Shown piece after piece: positions 1 to 8,389 of a stretch of DNA of 24,000 nucleotides (the first letter of the stretch is position 1; each line of letters starts with the position of its first letter). The DNA is from an uncultured Actinomycetota bacterium (GTDB lineage Bacteria > Actinomycetota > Actinomycetes > Mycobacteriales > Jatrophihabitantaceae), in the NCBI GenBank assembly GCA_963754285.1, contig CAVWFN010000004.1, positions 214,151 to 238,150 on the forward strand, given 5' to 3'. A program made the translations under genes and the position numbers. The notes below the pieces were generated by a model. The model was not told where the DNA came from, made no database searches, and saw nothing but the letters and a program-made list of their open reading frames with translations.

Positions 1-790
1 GCCGCGCGAGGGTCGCGGCGGCCTCCGCCGGCGTGGTCGCGGGGAGAATGAGGACGAATTCCTCGCCGCCGTAGCGGGCGCAGTAGTCGTTGCCCCGCAG
101 CGTCGCGCGCAGCATTGCCCCGAAGTCGGCGAGCACCTGGTCGCCGACGTGGTGGCCCTCGGTGTCGTTGAGCACCTTGAAATGGTCGAGGTCGCACAGC
201 GCGAAGGTGTCACCGGCGACGGCACCGCTCAGCCGCAGCTCGAGATCGCGGCGATTCGCGACACCGGTCAGGACGTCGGTGTGTGCAGCGGCGCGCAGCG
301 CGTCCGAGAGAGCGCTCTGCTGGGCGGTGAACCGTGACAACAGCTCTCCGAGCAGCGTCCACACGCTGGCGCCGATGAACAGCCTGATGCACACGGCCGT
401 CGACCAGCCCCCGTTGATGAATATGAAGGAGGCACCGGCGACCGGCAGCATCGCGAACGTCGTGCGCGGGGGCTGGGTCAGCCCGATGTAGGCGAAGCTG
501 AGCGAGAGCAGGCCAGCGAGCGGTGAGTAGGCCGGCGCGGCTGAGCTGCTCAGGAACACCAGGGCGAGGCTCACCACGGTGGGGAACACCAGCGTGGCGC
601 GCGGGCCGAGCCGCTCCCAGGCGACGACGAACGAGAGGCCGAGCAACCCGAGCAACCCGGCACAGATGCCGCTCGCCCGCACCAGGGCGCCGGGGGCCGA
701 ATCGAGCACCGGGACGGTCAGGGCAGTAAGCCCCGCCGTTGCCGCGAGCAAGACGCGGCCGAGCAGCACAGGGTCAGCGCGCAACGCCAT
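1..790 (-). CDS. Membrane-anchored GGDEF-domain diguanylate cyclase (3' end runs off the window start)
   Basis: Absent from the ORF track because there is no stop in the window. Reverse translation from ATG (790-788) gives MALRADPVLLGRVLLAATAGLTALTV..., several hydrophobic helices, then DVLTGVANRRDLE...LCDLDHFKVLNDTEGHHVGDQVL...RYGGEEFVLILP (GGEEF active-site motif). AGGAAAG lies just upstream of the ATG. Confidence 0.85.
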   Translation of the reverse strand, partial: MALRADPVLLGRVLLAATAGLTALTVPVLDSAPGALVRASGICAGLLGLLGLSFVVAWERLGPRATLVFPTVVSLALVFLSSSAAPAYSPLAGLLSLSFAYIGLTQPPRTTFAMLPVAGASFIFINGGWSTAVCIRLFIGASVWTLLGELLSRFTAQQSALSDALRAAAHTDVLTGVANRRDLELRLSGAVAGDTFALCDLDHFKVLNDTEGHHVGDQVLADFGAMLRATLRGNDYCARYGGEEFVLILPATTPAEAAATLAR

Positions 791-797
791 GGCTTTC

Positions 798-2000
798 CTA
801 TCGGCGTGTCGCCGCCATGGCTTGAGCGTTCAATCGGGCCTTTTCTGTCCGAATCGGCGTCATCGGCACCGCCAGCAGCGCGAAAACGCCCGCAAATGCG
901 AAGGCGAGGCCGTATCGCGCATCCCCGATCACGGCGGCGAGCATGGGCGCCGTCGCGACCGCGGCGATGTTCTGGACGGTGTTCTGCACGCCGAGAGCCC
1001 GACCCGACCACGACGTTCCGGCGAACTCCGCAACCGCCGTGTACCCGAGCCCGTTGTCGGCCACCGTGACCACAGCACCCAGCGCGAACCCGACCACGAT
1101 CCAGCCCTGGTCGAGCTCGGCGGCGAGTGCGATCGCCGCCATCAGGACGGCGCTGGCCACAGCCAGTTGGCGCATCGGGCCGAGCCGGCTGCGGACCCGG
1201 TCCGACCACACTCCGGACGCGATCCGGCCGGCCGCCCCGGCAGCCTGGAACGCGAAGATCCACCGGCCCGCGACGGCGCTGTCCCAGTGCCGCTGGCTGA
1301 CGAGATAGGTCAGCGTGAACGTCGCGACCGCGAACTGCGGGACGACGAGCAGCGCGCTGGACACGTGGATGCGCGCGAGCGTTCTGGCGCCCCGGTACGG
1401 CGAGCCCGGTTCCGGCGCGCCCGGAGCACGTTCCGGGCGTGGCGGGTCGGCCACGACCGCGTACACCGCGATGGACGCGAGCAGGCACAGCACCGCGGGG
1501 AACAGCAGCGCATCGCGGGCGCCCACCGAGTCGGCCAGCGGCGGCAACACCAGCGCGGCGAGGGCGACACCGAGCGGTTGCGCTGTCTGCCTCGTCCCCA
1601 TTGCCAGCCCGCGCTCGTGCACCGGGAACCAGCCCATCACCACCCGTCCGCTCGCGGCGTTGACCGAGGCGGCCGAGGCGCCGGCGAGGGCGAGCAGCAC
1701 CGCGACCGCGGCAAGGTTTGTCACGAGCGGGACTGCGCAGAGCAGGACGCCGGCACCGGCGACGCCGGTCACGATGACCAGCCGCTCGCCTGCGCGATCG
1801 GCCAGCGCGCCCCAGGCAATGAGCGTCGCCAGCAACCCGACGATCGGCGCGGACACGAGCAGGCTGGCCTGGACGAGCGACAGCCCGTCCCGGGAACGCA
1901 GGACGGGGACGAGCATCGGGATGCCGTAGAGGAACGAACAGGTCGCGGCCTGTGCCAGGGTGCCGACGGCGAGGATCGCCCAGCGCTGCCGACTTGCCAC
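798..2000 (-). CDS. MFS transporter
   Basis: C-terminal 400 codons of ORF 798..2837. GTG at 2000 is in frame. The part of the ORF upstream of 2000 overlaps the hydrolase gene and is Arg/Pro-rich shadow sequence. Many hydrophobic segments; GALADRAGERLV resembles MFS motif A. The exact start is uncertain. Confidence 0.8.
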   Translation of the reverse strand: MASRQRWAILAVGTLAQAATCSFLYGIPMLVPVLRSRDGLSLVQASLLVSAPIVGLLATLIAWGALADRAGERLVIVTGVAGAGVLLCAVPLVTNLAAVAVLLALAGASAASVNAASGRVVMGWFPVHERGLAMGTRQTAQPLGVALAALVLPPLADSVGARDALLFPAVLCLLASIAVYAVVADPPRPERAPGAPEPGSPYRGARTLARIHVSSALLVVPQFAVATFTLTYLVSQRHWDSAVAGRWIFAFQAAGAAGRIASGVWSDRVRSRLGPMRQLAVASAVLMAAIALAAELDQGWIVVGFALGAVVTVADNGLGYTAVAEFAGTSWSGRALGVQNTVQNIAAVATAPMLAAVIGDARYGLAFAFAGVFALLAVPMTPIRTEKARLNAQAMAATRR

Positions 2001-2047
2001 GCCTCCACACGGTAGCCGCAATCCCAGGATCAGGGATGTTCGTCCTA

Positions 2048-2890
2048 CTAGGTGAGAACGAACTCGGCGACCGCTTTCGCGAACGCGGCCGCATTGCGCC
2101 GATGCGGCTCGTGCCCACCGCCGGTGAACACGACAAGTTCGCTGCCGGGCAGGTGTTCGTGCGTGCGATGCGCATGGGCGACCGGGATGATCACGTCGCG
2201 TTGCGACCAGACGAGCAAGGTCGGCACGTGCGTGGCGAGGTATTCCATCTCGAGGAACGAGCCGAGTTGCCCGCGCGGGCCGATCACCCCACGCAAGGAC
2301 CGGAAGAACGCCGACCGCAGCTCGGCACGGAACAGCGTGCGGCCGATGCGACGCAGGTTCACCAGCCGCGCCGGCGTGACGCGGAACAGCCGGTGCACCA
2401 GTCGGCTGCGCAGCACCCGCTGCACGAACCGACGTCCCATCACCGCCGAGGTCAACGCCTCGGCGCCCGGCAACGCGAGCATGCGCAGGGCGGGGCTCAC
2501 CTCGCGTCCCAGCCCGCCTGCCGAGACGAGCACGAGCGCCCGGACGCGCTGCGGGTAGTGATAGCCGAAGTGGACGGCGATCGCGCCGCCGAGCGAATGG
2601 CCGCACAGCGTCGCGTCGGACATGCCGAGCGCAGCCATGAAGGCGTCCAGCAACAGCGCGAAGTCGTCGAGCAGGTACAGCCCGGGCGGCGCGTCCGATC
2701 GCCCGTGCCCGAGCAGGTCGACGGCGATCGCGCGTAGCCCGTGCGCGGCCAGTGGTTCCAGTACCTCGGCCCATGTACCGCTGTCGGACATCAGTCCGTG
2801 CACGAGCAGCACCGGTGGCGCGTCGGCGGCGCCGCACTCCAGGTAGGAGACGCGGTTGCCGTCGACGACGACGTCCCGACGCTCGATCAC
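2048..2890 (-). CDS. Alpha/beta-fold hydrolase
   Basis: ORF 2048..2890 (280 aa). PPVLLVHGLMSDSGTW region, nucleophile elbow GHSLGG, C-terminal GGGHEPH. This is the typical alpha/beta hydrolase layout. Confidence 0.9.
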   Translation of the reverse strand: MIERRDVVVDGNRVSYLECGAADAPPVLLVHGLMSDSGTWAEVLEPLAAHGLRAIAVDLLGHGRSDAPPGLYLLDDFALLLDAFMAALGMSDATLCGHSLGGAIAVHFGYHYPQRVRALVLVSAGGLGREVSPALRMLALPGAEALTSAVMGRRFVQRVLRSRLVHRLFRVTPARLVNLRRIGRTLFRAELRSAFFRSLRGVIGPRGQLGSFLEMEYLATHVPTLLVWSQRDVIIPVAHAHRTHEHLPGSELVVFTGGGHEPHRRNAAAFAKAVAEFVLT

Positions 2891-2921
2891 GGCCGAGACG
2901 CTACCGACCCTGCCGGCCGCG

Positions 2922-3368
2922 TTACGGAGTGGCGACGGCGACCGAGCTCGGCATCACCACGACCGGGCAATCCGCCTTCAGCACGACCTGCGGCGCGGTG
3001 AGGCTGCTCATCATCGACGCGAGCCGCCCCGGCCGTGGCTCGCCCACCACCAACAGGTGCGCACCGCGCGCGGATGAGAGCAGCGCGTTGACCTCGCTGC
3101 CGTGCACGACGACGCAGTCGACGCCGACATCGCTGCCGAGCGCGCTCTGCACGAAGCCGCGCAGAGCGAGGTCGGCATCACGTGCGTAGTCATCGCTCGC
3201 GCCCGCGGTCGATGCCGGCGGACGGCCGCCCGGTGCGGCCGGTGGCCGCGGTGCGCGCCAAGCCATGACGGCGCGCAGCGGGACGTTGCGAAGCCGCGCT
3301 TCCGCCGCGGCCCACCGCAGCGCGCTCGGCGAACCCGTCGTCGGGCTGACCGCGACGACGATGCTCAT
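2922..3368 (-). CDS. Universal stress protein (UspA family)
   Basis: ORF 2922..3368 (148 aa). MSIVVAVSPTTGSPSALRWAAAEA... then ...LLVVGEPRPGRLASMMSSLTAPQVVLKADCPVVVM, the characteristic Usp C-terminal pattern. Confidence 0.8.
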   Translation of the reverse strand: MSIVVAVSPTTGSPSALRWAAAEARLRNVPLRAVMAWRAPRPPAAPGGRPPASTAGASDDYARDADLALRGFVQSALGSDVGVDCVVVHGSEVNALLSSARGAHLLVVGEPRPGRLASMMSSLTAPQVVLKADCPVVVMPSSVAVATP

Positions 3369-3426
3369 TCGGGGCCCCCGCGAAAGTGCGAAGCGTTCTT
3401 TGCGGAGCAGTTTCGTGGGGTGTTGG

Positions 3427-4932
3427 TCATGTCTTTGCCGCTTCCGGCGAGATGCCTTGCTCGGGACGTTTCGTCGCCGACAGCGGGTTGGCGATGTCCT
3501 CGAGCGACTTGCGTTCGGAGTCCACGCCGATGAACCAGGCGACCAACGCTCCGATGAGCATGATCACCGCGCCGATCACGTAGCCCCAGCTCAACGGTCC
3601 CGGCTTCACGTGCGCGTTGTTCGCACCGCCGATGAGGTGACCGAACAGGAACGGCGCAACCACGCCGCCCGCGCCTTGCGACAGCGCGAAGAAGTACGAG
3701 ATCGCCTGGCCACGAAGTTCCAGCGGGAAGATCTCGCTCACCGTCAGGTACGCCGAGGACGCTCCTGCCGAGGCGAAGAAGAAGATGACACACCAGACGA
3801 TCGTCTGGGTGGTCGCGGTGAGATCGCCCTTGTCGAACAACCACGCCGAGATCAGCAACAGGATCGACGACAACCCGTAGGTCAACAAGATCATCTTTCG
3901 TCTGCCGACCACGTCGAACAGATGCCCGAGAAGCAGCGGACCGAGCAGGTTGCCGATGGCGAACGGGAAGAAGTAGTACGGGATGCTGTCCGTCCCGACC
4001 TTGTAGAACACCGACAGCACCAGCGCGTAACTGAAGAAGATCGCGTTGTACAGGAACGCCTGGGTCACCATCATCGTGAAGCCGTAGATGGAACGCCGCG
4101 GATACTTCCCGAAGAACACCTTCGTCAGCTCGACCAGGCCCAGCCTCGGTGGCTCGGTCACCTCGAGCGCCTTGCTCTCGTCGACGGGCTCGAGCTCGAC
4201 GCCCTGCGCCTTCACTCGCTCCTCGATCTCGTCGACCGTACGCTCGGCCTCGTCGTTGCGGCCGTGGGTCATCAACCAACGCGGGCTCTCCGGGATCGAG
4301 CGGCGCAGGAAGATGATGATCAGACCGAGCACCGGGCCGATGAAGAAGCCGATGCGCCAGCCCCAGTCGATCGACACGTGGCTGGAGAACAGATACAGGC
4401 CCAGACCTGACCCGAGTGCCGCGCCGCCCCAGTACGTGCCGTTGACAGCGATGTCGACACGACCGCGGTACTTGGACGGGATCAGTTCGTCGATCGCCGA
4501 GTTGATCGCCGTGTACTCGCCGCCGATGCCCGTACCGGCGACGAAGCGGCAGATCAGCAACGACCAGAAGTTCCACGCGAAGCCACCGAGCCCGCTGCCG
4601 ACCAGGTAGATCGCCAGCGTCACGATGAACAGCTTCTTGCGGCCGAGCTTGTCGGTCAGCCGTCCGAAGACGAGTGCACCGACCACCTCGCCGGCGAGGT
4701 AGACCGATCCGAGTGCACCGACCTGGCCGGTGCTCAAGGCGAGCGTCTTCGGGTCGGCCAGGATCGGCGCGACGAGGGCCACGATCTGGATCTCGAGGCC
4801 GTCGAGGATCCACGAAACTCCGAGGCCGACCACGACCAGCCAGTGGAATCTCGTCCATGGCAGGCGGTCCATCCGGGCCGGGACGAGGCTGCGGACCGAG
4901 GTGGTGCCGGGCTCAGCTGTTGTTGCGGTCAT
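3427..4932 (-). CDS. MFS transporter, sugar-porter / metabolite:H+ symporter type
   Basis: ORF 3427..5091, with the start trimmed to ATG at 4932 (MTATTAEPG; GAGGAA 6 nt upstream). Motifs GRLTDKLGRKKLF, PESPRWL and PLELRGQ; 12 hydrophobic segments. Confidence 0.9.
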   Translation of the reverse strand: MTATTAEPGTTSVRSLVPARMDRLPWTRFHWLVVVGLGVSWILDGLEIQIVALVAPILADPKTLALSTGQVGALGSVYLAGEVVGALVFGRLTDKLGRKKLFIVTLAIYLVGSGLGGFAWNFWSLLICRFVAGTGIGGEYTAINSAIDELIPSKYRGRVDIAVNGTYWGGAALGSGLGLYLFSSHVSIDWGWRIGFFIGPVLGLIIIFLRRSIPESPRWLMTHGRNDEAERTVDEIEERVKAQGVELEPVDESKALEVTEPPRLGLVELTKVFFGKYPRRSIYGFTMMVTQAFLYNAIFFSYALVLSVFYKVGTDSIPYYFFPFAIGNLLGPLLLGHLFDVVGRRKMILLTYGLSSILLLISAWLFDKGDLTATTQTIVWCVIFFFASAGASSAYLTVSEIFPLELRGQAISYFFALSQGAGGVVAPFLFGHLIGGANNAHVKPGPLSWGYVIGAVIMLIGALVAWFIGVDSERKSLEDIANPLSATKRPEQGISPEAAKT

Positions 4933-5006
4933 CGGGGGTTCCTCACTGTCTGCGGTGACAGGTCTGCCCCGGTTTATCCCCGGATGTTTCGCTGCGTAAC
5001 AGCTGC

Positions 5007-5906
5007 TTACGCGTCGATGTGCAACCGCACCGTCGTCCCGGCGGGCGACGACCGCAGCTGGACGAGGTCGCAGAGCTGGTTCACCAGCCACAGACCCCGG
5101 CCGCTCGGACGGTCGGGATGCGGCGCGATGCGCCCGGCCAACGGATCGCGGATCCAGCCACGATCGCGAACCTCGCAGGTGACCGAACGGTCGGCATCGT
5201 CCACCCAGAAACTGACGCGCGCACGACCTTCGCCGTGGCAGATGCTGTTCGTGACGACCTCGTTGACCGCGTAGACCAGGTCGTCGACCCGCTCGTCATC
5301 GAGACCAGCCTTCGACGCGCGTCCCTCGATGAAACCGCGCAATGCGCTCAGCGTCGTGCGGTCGACACCGAGTTCCTCGCTGTCGATCGGTCGGATGGGC
5401 AGCGGTTCGGCGCGTGCCCGATCGACCGTGTCGGCGGGATCGGAAAGGTCGTCATGGCACGCGTTGATGCGTGCGACGACCTCGGCGTCCAGGGCCTCGT
5501 CGTACGCACAGGACAGGTGGCAGTTCCAGGCGCTGAACGCGGGTAGTTGCAGGATCAGCTCGTGCAGCGCGACTTCGGTGCGCAGCGCCGCTGTGTCGTC
5601 GGCGCGCACCGGCTCACCGACGCAACGCACGCCACTCGTGCGGTGGGCATCGACGAGGTTTTGCAATGTGGGGATGACGCGAGCCGGATTGCGGCCGGCG
5701 ACCGAGCGGTCGATCACGACAAGATCGCCACCGTCCTTGCCGAGTTCGCGACGGACCTCGGCGATCTGATCGGCGTCGGCGAACACGACTGCGGCGGCTC
5801 CGTCGGACAAGGCAGCGGACACCGATGCTGCCGCGGACGCAGCGAATCCCCCCGGACCGGAATACGGGAGGAGATCATGCTGCAGCGCAGGGATGGTCAT
5901 GATCAC
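5007..5906 (-). CDS. MEDS-domain / HATPase_c (RsbW-SpoIIAB-like) anti-sigma-factor-type serine kinase
   Basis: ORF 5007..5906 (299 aa; GTG at 5906, alternative ATG at 5900). The N-terminal half resembles MEDS sensory domains. The C-terminal half has DDLVYAVNEVVTNSICHG...VEVRDRGWIRDP...GRGLWLVNQLCDLVQL, typical of anti-sigma regulatory kinases. Confidence 0.75.
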   Translation of the reverse strand: MIMTIPALQHDLLPYSGPGGFAASAAASVSAALSDGAAAVVFADADQIAEVRRELGKDGGDLVVIDRSVAGRNPARVIPTLQNLVDAHRTSGVRCVGEPVRADDTAALRTEVALHELILQLPAFSAWNCHLSCAYDEALDAEVVARINACHDDLSDPADTVDRARAEPLPIRPIDSEELGVDRTTLSALRGFIEGRASKAGLDDERVDDLVYAVNEVVTNSICHGEGRARVSFWVDDADRSVTCEVRDRGWIRDPLAGRIAPHPDRPSGRGLWLVNQLCDLVQLRSSPAGTTVRLHIDA

Positions 5907-6011
5907 CGCCGACCTGCGCCGCCGGCCGATCCGTACGGGGGACGGATCGGTCCAACGCAGCAGCGAGGGTCCGAGCCAACGGCCGGCCGCAGGGTCGACC
6001 GGCCGCGGCGC

Positions 6012-6272
6012 TCAGGCGGCGCGGCTACGACGGCGGCGCGGCTCCGCGGGCGGGCGGATCTCTTTGCGCGCGGCGAGTACCACGTCCTGATCCAGACCCA
6101 GCATGTCGAGGAGCATGCGAGCGTCATCGACGTCGTGTGAGGCCGCGGCGATGATGCGTGCGGCCTGACGCTGCCGTTCGGCATGCAGTCGCTCCTCTTC
6201 CGCCATCCGCTCGATGTCGGCCTGGGAGACGAGCGTCCCATCCATTGACAAGGTCGTGCTGCGTCCGGTCAT
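6012..6272 (-). CDS. Small hypothetical protein (86 aa)
   Basis: ORF 6012..6272. High third-position GC like neighbouring genes; helical, charged sequence (ADIERMAEEERLHAERQRQAARIIAAASHDVDDARMLLDMLGL). No family recognised. Confidence 0.5.
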   Translation of the reverse strand: MTGRSTTLSMDGTLVSQADIERMAEEERLHAERQRQAARIIAAASHDVDDARMLLDMLGLDQDVVLAARKEIRPPAEPRRRRSRAA

Positions 6273-6305
6273 GGCTCGACCTTTCCCACGACCCCGGGCC
6301 GTCTA

Positions 6306-6322
6306 ACCGCGCTTTTCGCGGT
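6306..6322 (-). terminator. Short hairpin downstream of the kinase / response-regulator operon
   Basis: accgcg-ctttt-cgcggt: 6-bp stem with a 5-nt loop, 22 nt beyond the response-regulator stop (6344). Only a weak U tract follows on the minus strand. Confidence 0.3.
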
Positions 6323-6343
6323 GTTTCGACGAACTTCTGGAGA

Positions 6344-6799
6344 TCAGTCGTTGGGCAATTCGGCCAACCTGCCGAAGAAGTCGTCGATCTGCTTCACCAC
6401 GCCCGCGAAGTCGTCGAAGTCGACCGGCTTCGACACGTGCACCGAGGCATGGAGTTCGTAGCTTCGCGCGATGTCTTCGTGCGCTTGCGAGGTGGTCAGA
6501 ACGACGACCGGGATCCGGCGCAGGGCCGGGTCCTTCTTGACCTCGGCGAGCACCTCGTGGCCCGACATCCGCGGCAGGTTCAGGTCGAGCAGGATCAAGT
6601 CAGGACGCCGCGCATCCTTGTAGCCGTTCTCGCGGCGCAGGTACGCAATCGCCTCGACACCGTCGGTGACCACCTCGAGGGTGGTGTCGAGCTGGCCCGC
6701 GGCCATCGCCTCGCGCGCGATCAGTACGTCGCCCGGGTCGTCCTCGACGAGCAAGACGGTCAGTGGCCGCTCGTGAATGTGCATCGGTTCAGTGCTCAT
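6344..6799 (-). CDS. Single-domain (REC-only) response regulator
   Basis: MSTEPMHIHERPLTVLLVEDDPGDVLIA...DLILLDLNLPRMSGHEVL...VVVLTTS...HVSKPVDFDDF (151 aa). Its ATG (6799-6797) overlaps the TGA (6798-6796) of the alternative-frame kinase C-terminus as ATGA. Confidence 0.9.
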   Translation of the reverse strand: MSTEPMHIHERPLTVLLVEDDPGDVLIAREAMAAGQLDTTLEVVTDGVEAIAYLRRENGYKDARRPDLILLDLNLPRMSGHEVLAEVKKDPALRRIPVVVLTTSQAHEDIARSYELHASVHVSKPVDFDDFAGVVKQIDDFFGRLAELPND

Positions 6800-8381
6800 T
6801 CGGCGTCCACCGTCTCTGCAAGGTCCGCGCTGAAGTCTGATTGCGGAAGGGAATGCTCCGGGAGCAAGAACGCAAACGTAGCACCGGGACCTGTCGCTTT
6901 CGGCGAGCCAGATCTTGCCCCGATGGAATTCGACGATCTTGCGACACAAGGCGAGCCCGATGCCGGTGCCGCCGTATTTGTCGCGCAGGTGCAGGCGCTG
7001 GAAAATCGTGAAAATCCGTTCGGCGTATTGCCGGTCGATGCCGATGCCATTGTCGGCAACGGTGAACTGCCAGTTCGATCCGGCGCGGACGGCGGAGATC
7101 TCGATGCGCGGCGGATGGTCCGGGTCGCGGTACTTCAGCGCGTTGCCGACGAGGTTCTGGAACAGAGCAGTGAGCAGCGTCGCGTCGCCGTCGACGGTCG
7201 GCAGGGCGCCGCGGATGATCTGCGCATCGGAGGCAGCGATGCGATCCTCGAGCGTGACCAGGGCGCGGCTGAGCGCGATTCCGGTGTCGACGGCGGCGAA
7301 ATTCTCGGTGGTGCGCCCGACCCGCGAGAAGGAGAGCAGGTCGGCGATCAGCACCTGCATGCGCTTGGCGCCGTCGACAGCGAAGGCGATGTACTGCTTG
7401 GCCTTGTCGTCGAGTTCTTCGCTGTACTGGCGCTCGAGCAGCTGACAGAAGTTCGCAACCTTGCGCAGCGGTTCGGACAGGTCGTGCGACGCGACGTAGG
7501 CGAACTGCTCGAGATCGGCGTTGGACCGCGCGAGATCTTCGCCGCGTTCCAGCAACCCGATCCGCGCCCGTTCGACGCGCGCGAGTTCGCTGGCGATGCG
7601 CGCTCGCATCGAGTCGACGTCGCGCCCTAGGGCCGCGATCTCCGGCGGACCGCTGGGACGGATCTGCTTGGCAATCGCACCGCGGGCGACTTCACGGGTC
7701 TGTGAACCGAGGTCGTCGATCGGGGCGAGCACCTGACGGCGCAGCCCGCGCCACAGCACGTACTTGCTGCCGAGCGTCAGCACCGCAGCCGCAATCGTCG
7801 CGATGAAACAGAACAGGATCGCGGCGTGCCGCTGGCCTTTGAGGTCGTCGCGCACTGCCGCGATGTGATCGCTGAGCGTCGCGGCGCGGCGTCTGAGCTT
7901 GTCGAAAGCTGCCTTGCCGGCCAGATCGCTCACCAGTCCGGACGCCTTCGGATCGCCGCGCCGCACCTCGGCGATGTACTTCGCAGCGATGTTCGTGCGC
8001 CACGCACGTGCGGCGCTGTCGAAGGCGGCCAGGTCGGCGGTCAGGGCGCGGATCGCCGGCGAGCAGCGCAGTCATCTGTCGTTCGTGCGTTCGTTGCAGC
8101 GCCGAGTACTGGCGATACGGCTGCAGGAAGACCTGACGCTTGCCCAGGACGTAGCCACGCAAGCCGGTCTCCTGGTTGACCATGTCGCTCAGCAGCGTCT
8201 GGCTGGTCGCGTACGCCGGCTGCCAGCGATCGATGATCGCGTCGCCCTTGTCCTTGAACTGCAGCGTCGCGTAGAGCACGGTGGCGAAGGCGATCACCAG
8301 CAGCACGACCAGGGTCAGGAACCAACTGGCTACGCGTTTGCGCAGCGGCCAGTCGGCGAACAGCGCGTGTCGTTCGCTCAC
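6796..8381 (-). pseudogene. Sensor histidine kinase (TM-CHASE3-TM-HAMP-HisKA-HATPase_c); reading frame interrupted twice
   Basis: The N-terminus is in the frame of ORF 7692..8381: TM helix plus CHASE3-like LQFKDKGDAIIDRWQPAY...FLQPYRQYSAL. The middle is in the frame of ORF 6344..7966: AFDSAARAWRTNIAAKYIAEVRRGD, TM2, HAMP, H-box FAYVASHDLSEPLRKV, N-box NLVGNALKY, DNGIGID, GTGIGLALC. The C-terminus is in the frame of ORF 6796..7059: TGPGATFAFLLPEHSL...VDAE*. The span is 1586 nt = 3n+2, consistent with two extra nucleotides. Confidence 0.8.
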
Positions 8382-8389
8382 CCGTCCGC

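Noticed and set aside
579-2175. Long ORFs 579..2015 (+, 478 aa) and 718..2175 (-, 485 aa)
   Set aside because: They are Arg/Pro/Gly/Asp-rich with no hydrophobic core or motifs. They lie antisense to or out of frame with the clearly real MFS gene. These are typical shadow ORFs of a high-GC genome.
798-2837. Full 679-aa extent of ORF 798..2837
   Set aside because: The N-terminal 279 codons overlap the alpha/beta hydrolase gene in another frame and are Arg-rich nonsense. Only the part from GTG at 2000 looks like an MFS protein.
3265-4858. ORFs 3265..4410 (+, 381 aa) and 3365..4858 (-, 497 aa)
   Set aside because: They are overlapping alternative frames of the sugar-porter-type MFS gene. They are charged, low-complexity sequences without motifs.
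6158-7630. ORF 6158..7630 (+, 490 aa)
   Set aside because: It is antisense to the kinase and response-regulator genes. It has no motifs and a Val/Asp/Arg-rich shadow composition.
6344-7966. 540-aa ORF read as a genuine hybrid histidine kinase-response regulator
   Set aside because: The linker (DRSRCYVCVLAPGAFPSAIRLQRGPCRDGGRR) replaces the conserved end of HATPase_c. That conserved end is present in an adjacent frame and stops in an ATGA overlap with the regulator start. The fusion is best explained by a 1-nt frame error.
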